Shown: piece by piece, positions 19,476-30,474 of the stretch
How positions within the stretch are numbered: position 1 is the stretch's first letter
How the letters are laid out: every line of letters starts with the position of its first letter
Assembly: GCA_020137815.1 (NCBI GenBank)
Contig: CM035350.1
Span: 1,426,001 to 1,490,000, forward strand
Direction of reading: 5' to 3'
Origin: Hormiphora californensis
Taxonomy: Eukaryota > Animalia > Ctenophora
Length of the DNA stretch: 64,000 nt
Program-made: the position numbers and the translations under genes
Notes under the pieces: model-generated
The model's database searches: none
Told to the model about the DNA's origin: nothing
The model's input: the letters and a program-made list of their open reading frames with translations, nothing else

Positions 19476-21992
19476 CTGTGTTTTTATGAAATGTTGCCTT
19501 GACAACAGAATGTGTGATTGTGTTTATTAAACTACAGCATTATGTATCATGTGTGACGACGAATAATAATTTATACTTTTTTTGTTCACTTAATTTTGAA
19601 GAAAAGGGAACGTTTGTAACATTTAACATTTTGTTATTTTAACTTTTACCACATCGTAAAACAACTGTGTTTATGGAATTTGTTCTCCGTTAGATCAAAA
19701 GAGTCTTTTAAAGACACAATGATGAATTTGCCACTCGATTCAGTGTCGGCGTCACCAGGTGTCCGCATGCTCGAGGATTCCTCCCTCCCTCCGTCAATCT
19801 GAGCTGGCATGCGCGCGCCCCGCGCAATAACAATTGTGTACTTTTCATTGAGTCGGTGCGTACCACGCTGCATTCTCTTTGACTGCTGACGCTGCAATTC
19901 TCGAGAGACAGAAATAGAGAGAGTGTGTTGTTGTGTACAGTGCAGTACAACTGTGTGTGTATGCATGGAGAGAGGAGTGTCTATCAATACATTGAAAACA
20001 GAAGATCACAGACAAGGACCGCAACAGATCCATGAGACACATGGTCCCGGTTTTAAAGACACGTTGCATTTGGCGCGCCACAGCTCCCCCTTCATTCCTA
20101 CATTCAGATTCCAGAATCATCTTTTACACATGGTTCATATTGGTTCATTGTCAAGTTGTTCATTGGCAAACAATTCCAACTATTGAGGTTAATGTGAGTT
20201 TGTTTACATTGCAAGGTATGTGTGGGACGTGTCTTACATTACTGGACTTTGTCCAAATGATCGTAACAAGATCAGAGAGAAACCTCCTCTACTCCTCTCT
20301 AAGATTATTACAGAGGGAGGGCTCTTATAGATCTGATCTGCTATGGTCGTTTCTCGGAAAACCATTGTACACTCTAATTAGCCCAAACAGATGCACATAA
20401 GTGAGCCATTAATACACAGAGCTGTATTCGAACGTACAACTTTGTTTGTCTGTTCAAAAGTTGACAACATTTGCACCTCCCAGTCCCTCCCCCGTGTGCG
20501 TGTTGTGCCACCCCTGTGTCCCCCCCTTCTTTCTATGTGTACACATGTCTGTGTGTCCCTGTTTATTGTTGTCTGCACGTACAATGTAAGAGGGTGCCAT
20601 TGTTTTCTATCACTTTACACAGTGTGCAAGCAAAGTGCAGTGTTTTTAGAGGGGTAGTCCCCAAATACCATATTCTATAGTGATCTAACAACCCCACTAG
20701 CCCTGCAAAACAAGGGGATCACATCATCGTGTATTTACAATTCACCACACGGTACTTATGTTTTCCCACATAACAACAGAACAGTACTTTATCAGAGAGA
20801 CAATACAATATATGGTGACGTGATGTGTTATCACATGCAGTTGGTGCAGTAATTCAGTTGTATTCAGTATTGCATGTTATACAGCCGTGATATTGGGGGC
20901 CTTAGTATTTGTGAAGCACTTTGCTTCTGCACATGTACAAAAGTACACATGAGCACACATGAGTGAATACGTGATTAAATGGCAGTGAACTAAGTATACC
21001 GTGAGCTGCTGAGTCCAATTCAAGGTTGTATAATACAGACAGACACACAAAGTATCCCCCTCTCAAGGTGACACATGTGGCAGGAGAGAGTCTGAACAAG
21101 TCGTGTGTATCAGGAAACGCCTGTCTATCACACATAAACTAGGTCTCCGGCTAACATTTCACTGTCACGATATCCATCGCTAAATACCACAATTCCGACT
21201 TCTTTACCCCTCCGGGTGTTATAACCCCGTTCTGTGTGAAGAAATAGAGAAGGATTTGTGTGTATAAAATTAGGGACTGAGAATGGGGTTGAATAATGGA
21301 TCAAGTAACGGGTTGTGTATAATAGCTGTGTGTTGTAGAGCTCTAACTACATTGCACATGTCCAGTGTGGCCACTCTAATTTTGTAATGACAGTTCTTAC
21401 ACAATGCCTGTTCAATGTCTCTACTCAACTTTCTTTCTTCCATGATCCTATAGACTATCTCAAGCCTTTCTGTTATTTTGAAGACAGAATTATGATCTAA
21501 GATTTTCAAGCACGGCCCCAAGGGGCATCGTCATGCGTCCTCCCTCCCCAAGCATAAAATATTCCACACAAACCCCGCCCCCTGTGCATGGTAATTCGTG
21601 GGGGGGGGGCCGGGGGTAATCCCTGCACTCAGGCTCTATGTCACGAACTCCCTACACAAACAACCCAGCCACACCGCCCTTACCAAGCAGCAAGATCTCA
21701 TCTTTATCCCTGATAATAAACCACCGCCGCCGCTCTACTCACCCTCCACATCTACAATGTGATCCTGACTCCAGGTGCACAGTTCACAGTTCACACACAG
21801 ACAATACACACTATTGAGATGATTGTTGTGTGTTGAGCAGTGTCAGTTTTCAGTCAGCTACTGGTAGAGAGATCATGATGATGCTATTGTGTATGTGAAA
21901 TATAGGGGAGTGTGGTAGTAGATAAATCATGTGAGTGCTAAACACTCCCCTCTGATTTCTGAGCTGATGATCCAGTGTAATTCATTGCAACA

Positions 21993-22024
<32 letters not shown>

Positions 22025-22624
22025 CCCCCCCCCCCATGTGACGTGAGCTACGACATACACGTCAGGCAGCTGCAGCAGCAGGAGGCCATTAATTATTCCA
22101 AATAGGGAGAGCGCCCTCCCCTTGGACGACACTAAGAGGTTACACGAGAGAGAAAGTGGGCGAAAAGAGCGCTCTCCTAAACATCAAATGACAAGTTGGT
22201 TTTTAACAAATGATAGAGAGATTCTATTTACACCAAGAAAGAAGTAAAGATCACTTTTCGGGAGCTGGAGGGGAGGTGATGAACTCCCCGCCGTTGCTAC
22301 TTCAAGAACGAAGGACAGCGGAGGGAGAAACATCAAGGGGCGGGTAGGTGCAGAGCAGTGGGGTTATATTGGGGTGTCTTTTGCAGGACGAACTGGAATA
22401 ATGGGGACATTGCAGAGTGGAATTGGGGGCAGAACATATATCGGGGGATGTCGGGGGAATTAGGATGTTCGGTTTATGAAAATCTCAGCTCGAATAAATT
22501 TTCTCTGCACACACACGCACACACAGACACACAAAGTGATCGAACAAATATAAAAATAAAAAACAAAATCGAAACCTTTTCTCTTTTCTGTTTAATAACT
22601 AACAGGGGCAACAACAAGGGTCCT

Positions 22625-25081
22625 TTAGAAGATAGCTTCCCGGCACATGGGACACTTCCACCTGTTCTCACACTCACTAGACATCCAAGCCTCGGTACAA
22701 GATTGATGGAATGTGTGAGTACAGGGCAGATTGCACACACTGACCCCCACTCTGAACTGATCCAGACAAATAGCACACTCCGGGGTGGGTTGAGATCCAG
22801 TGGGGAAGCATCCCTGACATCCCTCCCCATCCTCACAGCTCCCCCAACAGGTACCATGCTCCCAGGTCGGGATGGAGGTCATCAACTCAGCCACACACCT
22901 CTGTAGCCACTTCTCATCGGGTACCTCACTAACCCTTGTTGTGTAGAGAGGCCACGTGATGGGATCAAAGTGAACCAAGTGCTCCACAGTGGGCATGAAG
23001 TCTAGGAAGGGTAGTTGGATATCGTCATTAGTGATGAGGCCCAGTTTAAACTTCCTGTCGATAACAGTGACTGTGAGAACAGAGAGGAGGAGGGTAACTC
23101 CAACCAATAATGGGCAACGTGCCAAAACCAGCACGTCGTGTCGTATCACAGCTGCCAGTTCAGTGTTCATTGCCAGTCTGTAGTAGGACAGAAAGGCGGA
23201 GAGAAGGGGCCGGAGTTGGGATATCTGACTGAGACTGACGAGGGGTAACCAAATCGAGCAAAGTAGGAAGTTCCCCTTGGCCATGAACCACAAAGTCCTG
23301 AATATCCTCCTGGCAAAGTTCCCTGAGGACAAGAAAACCTCGAACAGGCAGGTGTAGTTGATGAGCATGAGGGCCAGAACAAACAGGTCATTACTGGTCG
23401 GTGTGAGGGTGGTCATGAAGAGTTTTAGGGCACGATGTTGCAACTGTTCACCCTTCCGGGACCCGTACACATGGGTAAACTCGGGTGTTTTGATTAGGAT
23501 CAAAGATCGAGCAGGGATGGAGGTGGTGGGTGTTGCTGTCCCTGTTGTCTTACTGGGCCTGTTTTTTAGGTGGCAAGGCTGAGAGGTGTCCATCACGGCA
23601 AAGGATACCTGTGGAGAGGGTGGTTAAAGGAACAATCATTTTGAGATGAAGTGAAATCAATGATGCAATGGAGGGTGTGCCACTGTTAGAGAGAATGGGA
23701 GAGAATGGGAGAGAGGAACAAAGTAGGAAATAGACAGACACTCTCAACACAATAGACTTATAAAGTGTGCGTGTGGCAGAGAGAGGTAGTTGAGACTCTA
23801 GAAAACATCCCCTCCCCACCCATTACCTTTCCAATGAACTGGACAGCGAGAGCCGAGAAGAAAGCAGGTACAAGATGTTGAATCCTACACCCTCCATCTG
23901 TATGATGGAGAACCTTCACTGGGGTTGTGGGTTCCTCCTCCCAGGTGTGGTAACTTCTCTCTGATTTCAACTTGTCCACACTGCCCTCTAGACGGTTGTA
24001 GAACCATTTCAGTATGCTCCTCTCTGTCGACTGGCCCTGTTGTATGGGAGAGGAATCATTAGGGGGGTCGTTGTTGTGACTTGGGAGAGGGTTGAATCAT
24101 TTATAGGGGGACCGTTGTTGTGAGAGGGTTGAATTATATGCAGGATGAATATGTTACACGCACTTTCAAAATGAGTGTAACATTAAGAGGCCCCATAAAA
24201 TATGCGCTCCTTTCTCATACTACAAGGACCCATCTCAAAACAGCAAAACATTTACCTGGTAGACCTCAATCCTTGGTGATCCCTTTTCATCACCCGATGG
24301 CATGGCAATGATCAGGGCAGGAACAATTTTCCAGCCCTGTCTGAGACACCACGAGTTGTGTCGCGGACAGTAAAATGTGCCCGTTTGGATGCCTATCCTA
24401 CTGAGACGTCGTGACACCACATTCCACAGTGGGTAGTTGGGGAAGGGCTTGTGTCCGTGTGGGACAACCCTAACTGCCCATACTGTAGATTTGGAATCCT
24501 CAACCTGGTATAGGGGGAGGTGAGGTAATAAATAATAATCATGTAGAATATATGTTATCCACTATAAATTACCCATCGGTCATAAACAAAACTAGGCCCT
24601 GCTTCAGATAAAAGTCTGGCATCTTGTTCGGAAACTGTACCTCTTCAAGGAAGTGCCTCTCAGATGTAAAGTTCAGGGATTCCTCGAAGGCAGGCGAGTG
24701 TAGGAGGACCTCACTTTCCTCAGTGGTCAAACCCCCACTGTTCTCAACAGCATCAATCAGCTCAGACTTCTCAACTAGTTCATCGTGCGGAATCCCCCTT
24801 GCATCCAACAGCCTTTGCAACTCCTTGATGCTAAAAAGAGTGAATTTAGAGACTGTACTATTTGAGCAGGTTGGTGACTCAAAAATACTGTTCAGGAGTT
24901 ATCGTTTCAACTAAGCTTAAAGCTAAGTAGAGAACCAAATAATTTCGTACCTCAGGGAAATAGGGTCAACAAGTTGAAGTGGCAGCCGTTCTGACTCCAA
25001 CCAGGTGAGCCACTCGCAGAAACGGATGCAGACAAAGAGTAGAATGACACATAAGATCAGGAGGGCCACCCGAAGTAGCAT
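22625..25081 (-). CDS. RNF103: RNF103 (KF-1)-like membrane RING-H2 E3 ubiquitin ligase
   Basis: N-terminus MLLRVALLILCVILLFVCIRFCEWLTWLESERLPLQLVDPISL followed by LDARGIPHDELVEKSELIDAVENSG resembles RNF103; TM segments; C-terminal RING CAICLDQF...LPCTHTFHQSCTEAWM...WKCPMCR. Confidence 0.85.
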
Positions 25082-26067
25082 GGTCTGATCAACTGTATTC
25101 TGTCTCCTCGCTCCACCACTCAAATTCTGCCCTCCGCTAAACATTGTTAATTGTTAGTAACTAAGCGGATTGAAGCACAAAAGTTACTTTCGAACTAGAC
25201 ACTGCCTCAGGACTCAGAGAGTGGACTTTTCTATGATAAACAGATCTGAAAAGTCTGAAGAAAAAATATGAAAATTGGGGGTGAAAAGTTCCTCAAAAAG
25301 CTTGTTGAGTAACTCAACAAGATTCAGAGTACGGTTTAGGCTTAAGTTTAATTACTTTTTTATCACAAAGTCAATATAAACCCAGTGCGAACATTGTACG
25401 AATTCGCGAATTTAGTTCGTTACAAAATTTTATCAAAACGAAACACAAAATTGCATTTCTTCGGTCCATCCCCTAGCTTAGAAATCGATATTTTCACGGT
25501 GCAAATCATTCGTTTAATTCCACCTACGAAATGGATACCAAGAAAGAGTTGAGTCAGGAATTGGGCACTCGAGAGACGAGAAGTGAGAGCAGTCCGCAGA
25601 AGCCAGAAACTTGTTCTGAATTTTCAAAACCAAGAAAATTTTGATTTTTTCCTTTTACTTTTTATTTGAAACCCGGCCGCGCGGCGCTCATTTTCCAAAA
25701 TACGCGCGTTTTTTATTTGCGCGCCACAAAATTTCGTCAAAAATAAGAGCGCTGGCAATAAAATCTCTTCGGCGGTGCCAAGATCAGGGCGCTACGCCCG
25801 TTCAAAGAGTCTATCTCAAACCATTTAATTCCAGAAATTAACAATTAAAAAACGGGTCTACCAATTACAAACGAAATGAAGTTTACAAAATCAAAATTTC
25901 AGTGTGAAAGTCCAATGCATTCAAATAAATTAACAACATATCCATCTCTTCAATTGGGCTTCTGATCATCACGTTCCTCGATTTCAGTTGTTGTCACGGC
26001 CTGAAGAATGGAATAGTTTTAGAGTTTGGCAAGATAGGAAAGATATCATGAATGGGATGGAATTAAA

Positions 26068-26135
26068 CCGATCATATACTTAAATCTGTCTCCATAATTT
26101 AGTGAGATATTAGCAGATAGTTTAAATCATTCTGA
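26068..26135 (-). ncRNA. Candidate box C/D snoRNA, target unassigned (intron 22)
   Basis: C-like AUGAUUU (26124-26130), D-like AUGA (26072-26075) 71 nt from the 3'ss, same position as the other intronic snoRNAs. Confidence 0.5.
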
Positions 26136-26282
26136 GTAATGAAGGCCGACGGGAAGTGTGCCCTAAACTCACCTTTGTTGAAGATAAACTGTGAACGGGG
26201 ATATTATGAACACAGGACCTGTAGAAATGAGGCTGTGTTAGAAAAAGTCTTGTTTAGCGCTATTTGAATACTGAATCAGAGA

Positions 26283-26354
26283 CAGTATCTCATACTTTAA
26301 AGGTATCATCTTGAACTCAGATGGTAGTGCATGATTTGTAATCATCTGATACTA
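26283..26354 (-). ncRNA. SNORD33: Box C/D snoRNA U33/snR55-like (18S Um1269), copy B (intron 21)
   Basis: C AUGAUUA, D' CUGA, D AUGA, terminal stem AGUAUC/GAUACU. Guide CAUGCACUACCA pairs with 18S UGGUGGUGCAUG (one G:U); D'+5 = U1269. Confidence 0.85.
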
Positions 26355-26520
26355 AGGGAAGAGGAAAAAGGGGATCTAGAGGGGGGCAACTTACCAAGTC
26401 AAGACGTCAGATGAGCAGCAGCAGTTACGATCGGTAGTCCCAGCGGCTGAATGCAGCCTGAAGGGGAGAACTGGTGTTAGAAATGTGGTAGGTAGAAGAT
26501 GGAAAATATGATCTTCTACA

Positions 26521-26589
26521 AGGATCATAATATGTCAATAGTTGTATCACCACATTTTAGGTCTGTGCCCAATGCTAAAATCATGTGTA
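26521..26589 (-). ncRNA. Box C/D snoRNA snR76/SNORD88-like (LSU Cm2197), copy B (intron 20)
   Basis: C AUGAUUU, D' CAGA, D AUGA. Guide AGCAUUGGGCA pairs with LSU UGCCCAGUGCU (one G:U); D'+5 = C2197. Confidence 0.75.
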
Positions 26590-26745
26590 GGTAAGAAGAA
26601 TGGGTTATCAAGAGAGGGATAACTTACCATGGTCACGAGTGTTTTAGGGTTAGCTCCAACAGATGATAACAGATAACAATCCTGGGAACAGAAATGAATG
26701 TTAATCAGATGAAGATTAAGGCTGTTAAATTAAATACATTTTAAA

Positions 26746-26814
26746 ACGATCATAATATGTCAATAATTGTATCACCACATTTTTGGTCTGTGCCCAATGC
26801 TAAAATCATGTGTT
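26746..26814 (-). ncRNA. Box C/D snoRNA snR76/SNORD88-like, copy A (intron 19)
   Basis: Near-identical to 26521-26589; same boxes and guide. Confidence 0.75.
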
Positions 26815-26978
26815 TGAGGTGCCAGCCTTCAGTAACAAGTCCAGAACTTACCGAATAAAAGTCAGACACTGCAAAGTTTCTCCAGTTGTATTTTATAACG
26901 TTTAAGGAGTAAACCTGGAGAGGAAGACTTGGATTAGAACCAGAATCAATGAGGTGGAAAATTGGAATCGAAGTGGGG

Positions 26979-27046
26979 TAACATCAGAACCACTTCATCA
27001 ATAAAATCAGTTGGAGGGCAAGCGGGACTTGCTCATCAAATGTAAC
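26979..27046 (-). ncRNA. Box C/D snoRNA with 18S UUGGAGGGCAAG guide, copy C (intron 18)
   Basis: C UUGAUGA, D' CUGA, C' UUGAUGA, D CUGA, ACAU/AUGU stem; 12-nt perfect complement to conserved 18S UUGGAGGGCAAG. Confidence 0.9.
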
Positions 27047-27206
27047 TACTGAGAAATTGAGAATCAGTTTCCAAACTCACCTTCACATTGCTGAGAACAC
27101 CAGATTCTTTACAACAAGAATGTTCTACCACATCAGACCTGTGAAGGGAAGATCTCATTAAAACATATCCTCTAATCTGTTAAATTTCTCAGACAATAAT
27201 TGTGTA

Positions 27207-27273
27207 AAACATCAGAACCACTTCATCAATAAAATCAGTTGGAGGGCAAGCGGGACTTGCTCATCAAATGTAA
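27207..27273 (-). ncRNA. Box C/D snoRNA with 18S UUGGAGGGCAAG guide, copy B (intron 17)
   Basis: Identical core to copy C. Confidence 0.9.
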
Positions 27274-27439
27274 CATGGATAACAATATTCAGTTTCCAAA
27301 CTCACCTTAACCGAAGGAGAAACCGGATTACACAAGCTTCTCTACTCCAAGTACGCCAGAGATAAACTCAGATCTGAGAAGGAAAGATTGTGTTAAAAAT
27401 GACGAAACTAAGACAACATTTGTGCACAATCATTGTGTA

Positions 27440-27506
27440 AAACATCAGAACCACTTCATCAATAAAATCAGTTGGAGGGCAAGCGGGACTTGCTCATCAT
27501 CTGTTT
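27440..27506 (-). ncRNA. Box C/D snoRNA with 18S UUGGAGGGCAAG guide, copy A (intron 16)
   Basis: Identical core; C box AUGAUGA. Confidence 0.9.
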
Positions 27507-27655
27507 CAAAAGAACAACTTCCCACAACATCTATTAGCTTACCAGGGTTCGCAGGAACAGGAGTAATAGCCACTGTGGAATTATCACACACCTGTCAAGA
27601 AGGTGTGGGTTAGAGACTTGTAACAAGGCACAAAGTCGAAAGAAGATACTAGGGA

Positions 27656-27727
27656 CAGTATCTCATACTTTAAAGGTATCATCTTGAACTCAGATGGTAG
27701 TGCATGATTTGTAATCATCTGATACTA
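27656..27727 (-). ncRNA. SNORD33: Box C/D snoRNA U33/snR55-like, copy A (intron 15)
   Basis: Identical over ~70 nt to 26283-26354. Confidence 0.85.
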
Positions 27728-27909
27728 GCAGGAGGAGAGGAAGAAGGGGGTCTAGAGGACAACTTACCATGAGACGAGTCTGGATAGTCGCCAAAACAGT
27801 CAACAATCTAGCCTGAAACATTAATTGGGGATTAATTTTATTTTTTATGAACGAATGGAGAAGAACACCAAGTTGTATAAAGATGATGAGAAAGAAGGTG
27901 TTGAGAAAT

Positions 27910-28086
27910 AGATGTCATTTGCATGGTTTATCCCCGTGGTAACAGACACGTAGTATCATCCACGAGACGCAAGGAATATGCAATGGAGACGTGAATCTCT
28001 TGGTGTGCAACAGTATGGAGGACAATACCATATATGGGTATAATCCAGACACCATCGGGCTGCCCTGGCGGTGGCAAAACCTCCAG
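27910..28086 (-). ncRNA. SNORA73: U17/snR30 (SNORA73) H/ACA processing snoRNA (intron 14)
   Basis: 3' hairpin with the diagnostic m1 AUAUUCCU (27972-27979) and m2 AAACCAU (27923-27929) motifs closed by UGCA stem, ACA box at 27913-27915. 5' end approximate (GGAGG/CCUCC hairpin). Confidence 0.9.
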
Positions 28087-28323
28087 GGAACACCCAGTCG
28101 CAGGAGGGATAGAGACAAGGGGGAGGGAACACCCAGTCGCAGGAAGGAGATTGAGACAAGGGGGGGGGAATAATTGCAAAAGAAGAAAGACGTACCGTGT
28201 AAACCAGGCTACAGTCTGGGAAGATCATCAAGAGATACAGAGATACTTATCGTGTGGTTCTGAAGGAAAGGATGATGTGTTAGAGCTAAACACAGTTTAG
28301 GGGCGATTAGAATTGTATTGGAG

Positions 28324-28412
28324 GTGTTGTATCAGATTAATTCAGCGTGTGGTATCAACACGGCCAGCTATCTAGACTGGTCTGACGGGGAAAGTATCAT
28401 CACTTGCAACAC
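28324..28412 (-). ncRNA. Box C/D snoRNA SNORD12/snR190-like (LSU G2395) (intron 13)
   Basis: C GUGAUGA, D' CAGA, D CUGA, 8-bp terminal stem. Guide CUUUCCCCG pairs with LSU CGGGGAAAG; D'+5 = G2395. Confidence 0.75.
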
Positions 28413-28601
28413 ATTGGGGGGGGGGGGGGAGAGAGGAAGAGAGATGGGTCTGCAGTCTGCACTTACCATCAATAGTAGTAGCTATCTCCAGTTGAACCAG
28501 GTGATATGACGTCACATGTATATCTGCAGGGGGTACATCAGTGTTATAACGACAATCAGGCAGTTAGTTGACCACTACACACTAGTGTGTAGTGTATAAT
28601 A

Positions 28602-28668
28602 TGATCAGGAAGGTTAAGGGTGGCTTCATTAAATATCAGAAACACGGACCTTAGTTTCATCAGGCAAT
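28602..28668 (-). ncRNA. SNORD18: Box C/D snoRNA U18 (LSU Am649) (intron 12)
   Basis: C CUGAUGA; GGUCCGUGUUU-CUGA guide+D' as in U18, pairing with LSU AAACACGGACC; D'+5 = A649; D CUGA. Confidence 0.9.
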
Positions 28669-28860
28669 GGGAGAGAGGGAAATGAGAAGGGTGGGGGTGT
28701 TTAGGTTAAACAACGTACCTAGGCTAGAGTTTCTGGAGAGTATCCCAAGTTGTTCCACGAAAATCCAGACCGGACCAAATATGGGAACCTACAACAGGAA
28801 TAACCAGGTATTAGTGAAACGATTAATAAAACAGAAAGAGATACAACTATCAAGTGTATT

Positions 28861-28926
28861 TATATCAGTATGTGTCATGTTCTCGAACATTCTATATTCT
28901 GAGACTCTAGTCTATCATCACGCAAC
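28861..28926 (-). ncRNA. Box C/D snoRNA snR78/SNORD52-like (LSU Um2421) (intron 11)
   Basis: C GUGAUGA; guide GACUAGAGUC then U-CAGA (D') pairs with LSU GACUCUAGUC; D'+5 = U2421; D CUGA. Confidence 0.75.
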
Positions 28927-29085
28927 TACAGTGTTGGGCAGGAGGGAACAGAGAGACTTACCAAGTTAGAAGGTGTGTGGGACTAGAAACAGCTGCATAG
29001 AAACCTTGTTATCCTCTCTGAAAAGAAGGAAGAATGTTAACCTCAACTAAGAGCAGCTAGTGTTAGATCTACAAAGAGAGGGGAA

Positions 29086-29204
29086 CAAGTCAGATAGGGC
29101 TGACAGAATATCGCCAGGACACGGGTAGCAGGTCAGTAGGTTCATTCCCAATTAAGGGGACTGACCATGCTACCCACTACGACTGTCAGGGTCACATCAC
29201 AAGT
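29086..29204 (-). ncRNA. Atypical structured box C/D RNA, orphan (intron 10)
   Basis: C GUGAUGU (29194-29200) and D CUGA (29090-29093) 72 nt from the 3'ss. Interior folds as one long hairpin (CUGACAG/CUGUCAG, GGGUAGCA/UGCUACCC, GGUCAGU/ACUGACC). Confidence 0.7.
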
Positions 29205-29366
29205 GGAATAGGTACCCTAACGTGCACCCTCAACTCACCTGTTAGGTTGATAACGGATGTTTCAGTGTACCAAATCATGCTGTAATCCCAGTAACACCTG
29301 TGGAAGGGAAGGTACATTAGAATCTAGTTCAGCTAGTAGAACAATACGGGATATAATAAGGATTTA

Positions 29367-29441
29367 TAGTTCAGCGATCTTGGTGATGGGTTGTCGTCAA
29401 ACACAGTTAAGTGTCAAGAGTAGCAAGATTCATCATGTGTG
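29367..29441 (-). ncRNA. SNORD24: Box C/D snoRNA U24 (LSU Cm1437 + Am1449), copy B (intron 9)
   Basis: C AUGAUGA. D guide CACCAAGAUC pairs with GAUCUUGGUG (D+5 = C1437); D' (UUGA) guide UUGCUACU pairs with AGUAGCAA (D'+5 = A1449). This is the U24 double-guide layout. Confidence 0.9.
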
Positions 29442-29597
29442 TGTAACACAAGGTGGGGGTGGAGGAGGGGAGACTTACCAGGATCAATAAAATGTTGAAG
29501 ATCTGATTCTACCACGACTGGATAACAACCTGTGATTAGGAGGGTTCGTGTTAGTAAACCATTAGTATTGAATGACTGATAATTAGTTGTTGTTAAT

Positions 29598-29668
29598 TAA
29601 TTCAGCGATCTTGGTGATGGGTTGTCGTCAGACACGTATGTCAAGAGTAGCAACTTTCATCATGTTAG
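29598..29668 (-). ncRNA. SNORD24: Box C/D snoRNA U24, copy A (intron 8)
   Basis: Same boxes and both guides as copy B; spacer diverged. Confidence 0.9.
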
Positions 29669-29866
29669 TAAAAAGGAAGGAGGAGCATTCAGGGGTCCAC
29701 TTACCATAGCTGTTCAGGTTATGAGCCGACCATAGTTTATCCAGATGACCATAGTTAATCAGATGATAGGACCAGTAGGCGATAGTAATTAGACGACCTG
29801 GAAGAGTAGAACAGGTTAGATTTGAAGGTAGTTCCCAGGTAGTTTCGAGTTCACAATTTGTTGATA

Positions 29867-29999
29867 AAATGTGGCATTGAGACAGGTCCGAAAAAGAGGA
29901 TGGGAACCTCAACTCGGGTTTTGAGTTGCTTGGTATTTAGTATGGGCAATGTAAAACAGGAGTCAGGACGTATAGATCCAGTCTCCCCTCTCACCGCCC
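29867..29999 (-). ncRNA. H/ACA snoRNA, snR42-like (LSU Psi2975), copy B (intron 7)
   Basis: Two hairpins, hinge AUACUA/AUACCA, ACA+3 nt. 3' pocket AAAAC / ACCUGUCUCA pairs around UGAGACAGGU-Psi-A-GUUUU, 15 nt from ACA. Confidence 0.85.
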
Positions 30000-30173
30000 T
30001 TACGGTATCTCTAATTAACCAAGTAACATACCTGTTCTAGAGATCTCAGAACAGCCTTCACTTTCACACAGGGTAGCTGGGGAACCTAGAGGTTCAGGAT
30101 CCTGAAGGAATAACAATTATTAGAATCTGACAGTGCTACATGATGGAATGCGTAAAACTATACGTTTTACTAT

Positions 30174-30306
30174 AAATGTGGCATTGAGACAGGTCCGAAA
30201 AAGAGGATGGGGACCTCAATTCGGGTTTTGAGTTGCTTGGTATTTAGTATAGGCAATGTAAAACAGGAGTCAGGACAAATAGACCCTGTCTCCCCTCTCA
30301 CCGCCC
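30174..30306 (-). ncRNA. H/ACA snoRNA, snR42-like, copy A (intron 6)
   Basis: Near-identical paralogue of 29867-29999; differences mostly in loops/wobble positions. Confidence 0.85.
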
Positions 30307-30474
30307 CTATCCCTCTCTCTTGAGAACTAACTGACCTGATTAGGCGGGGTTGGAGACTGGACACTAGCAGACAGTAGAAACATCGTATATCCACAGATTC
30401 CTGAAGAAGAAAGACATTGTTAGAGACGCTATATACTGATGGAACCCCAATAACTGAGTTGAGAATGTATATTA

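Noticed and set aside
26550-26570. AGGTCTGTG as a U25/snR56 (18S Gm1428) guide
   Set aside because: No suitably placed D' box and the match is shortened in the paralogue; the CAGA + UGCCCAGUGCU reading gives a conserved site (Cm2197) in both copies.
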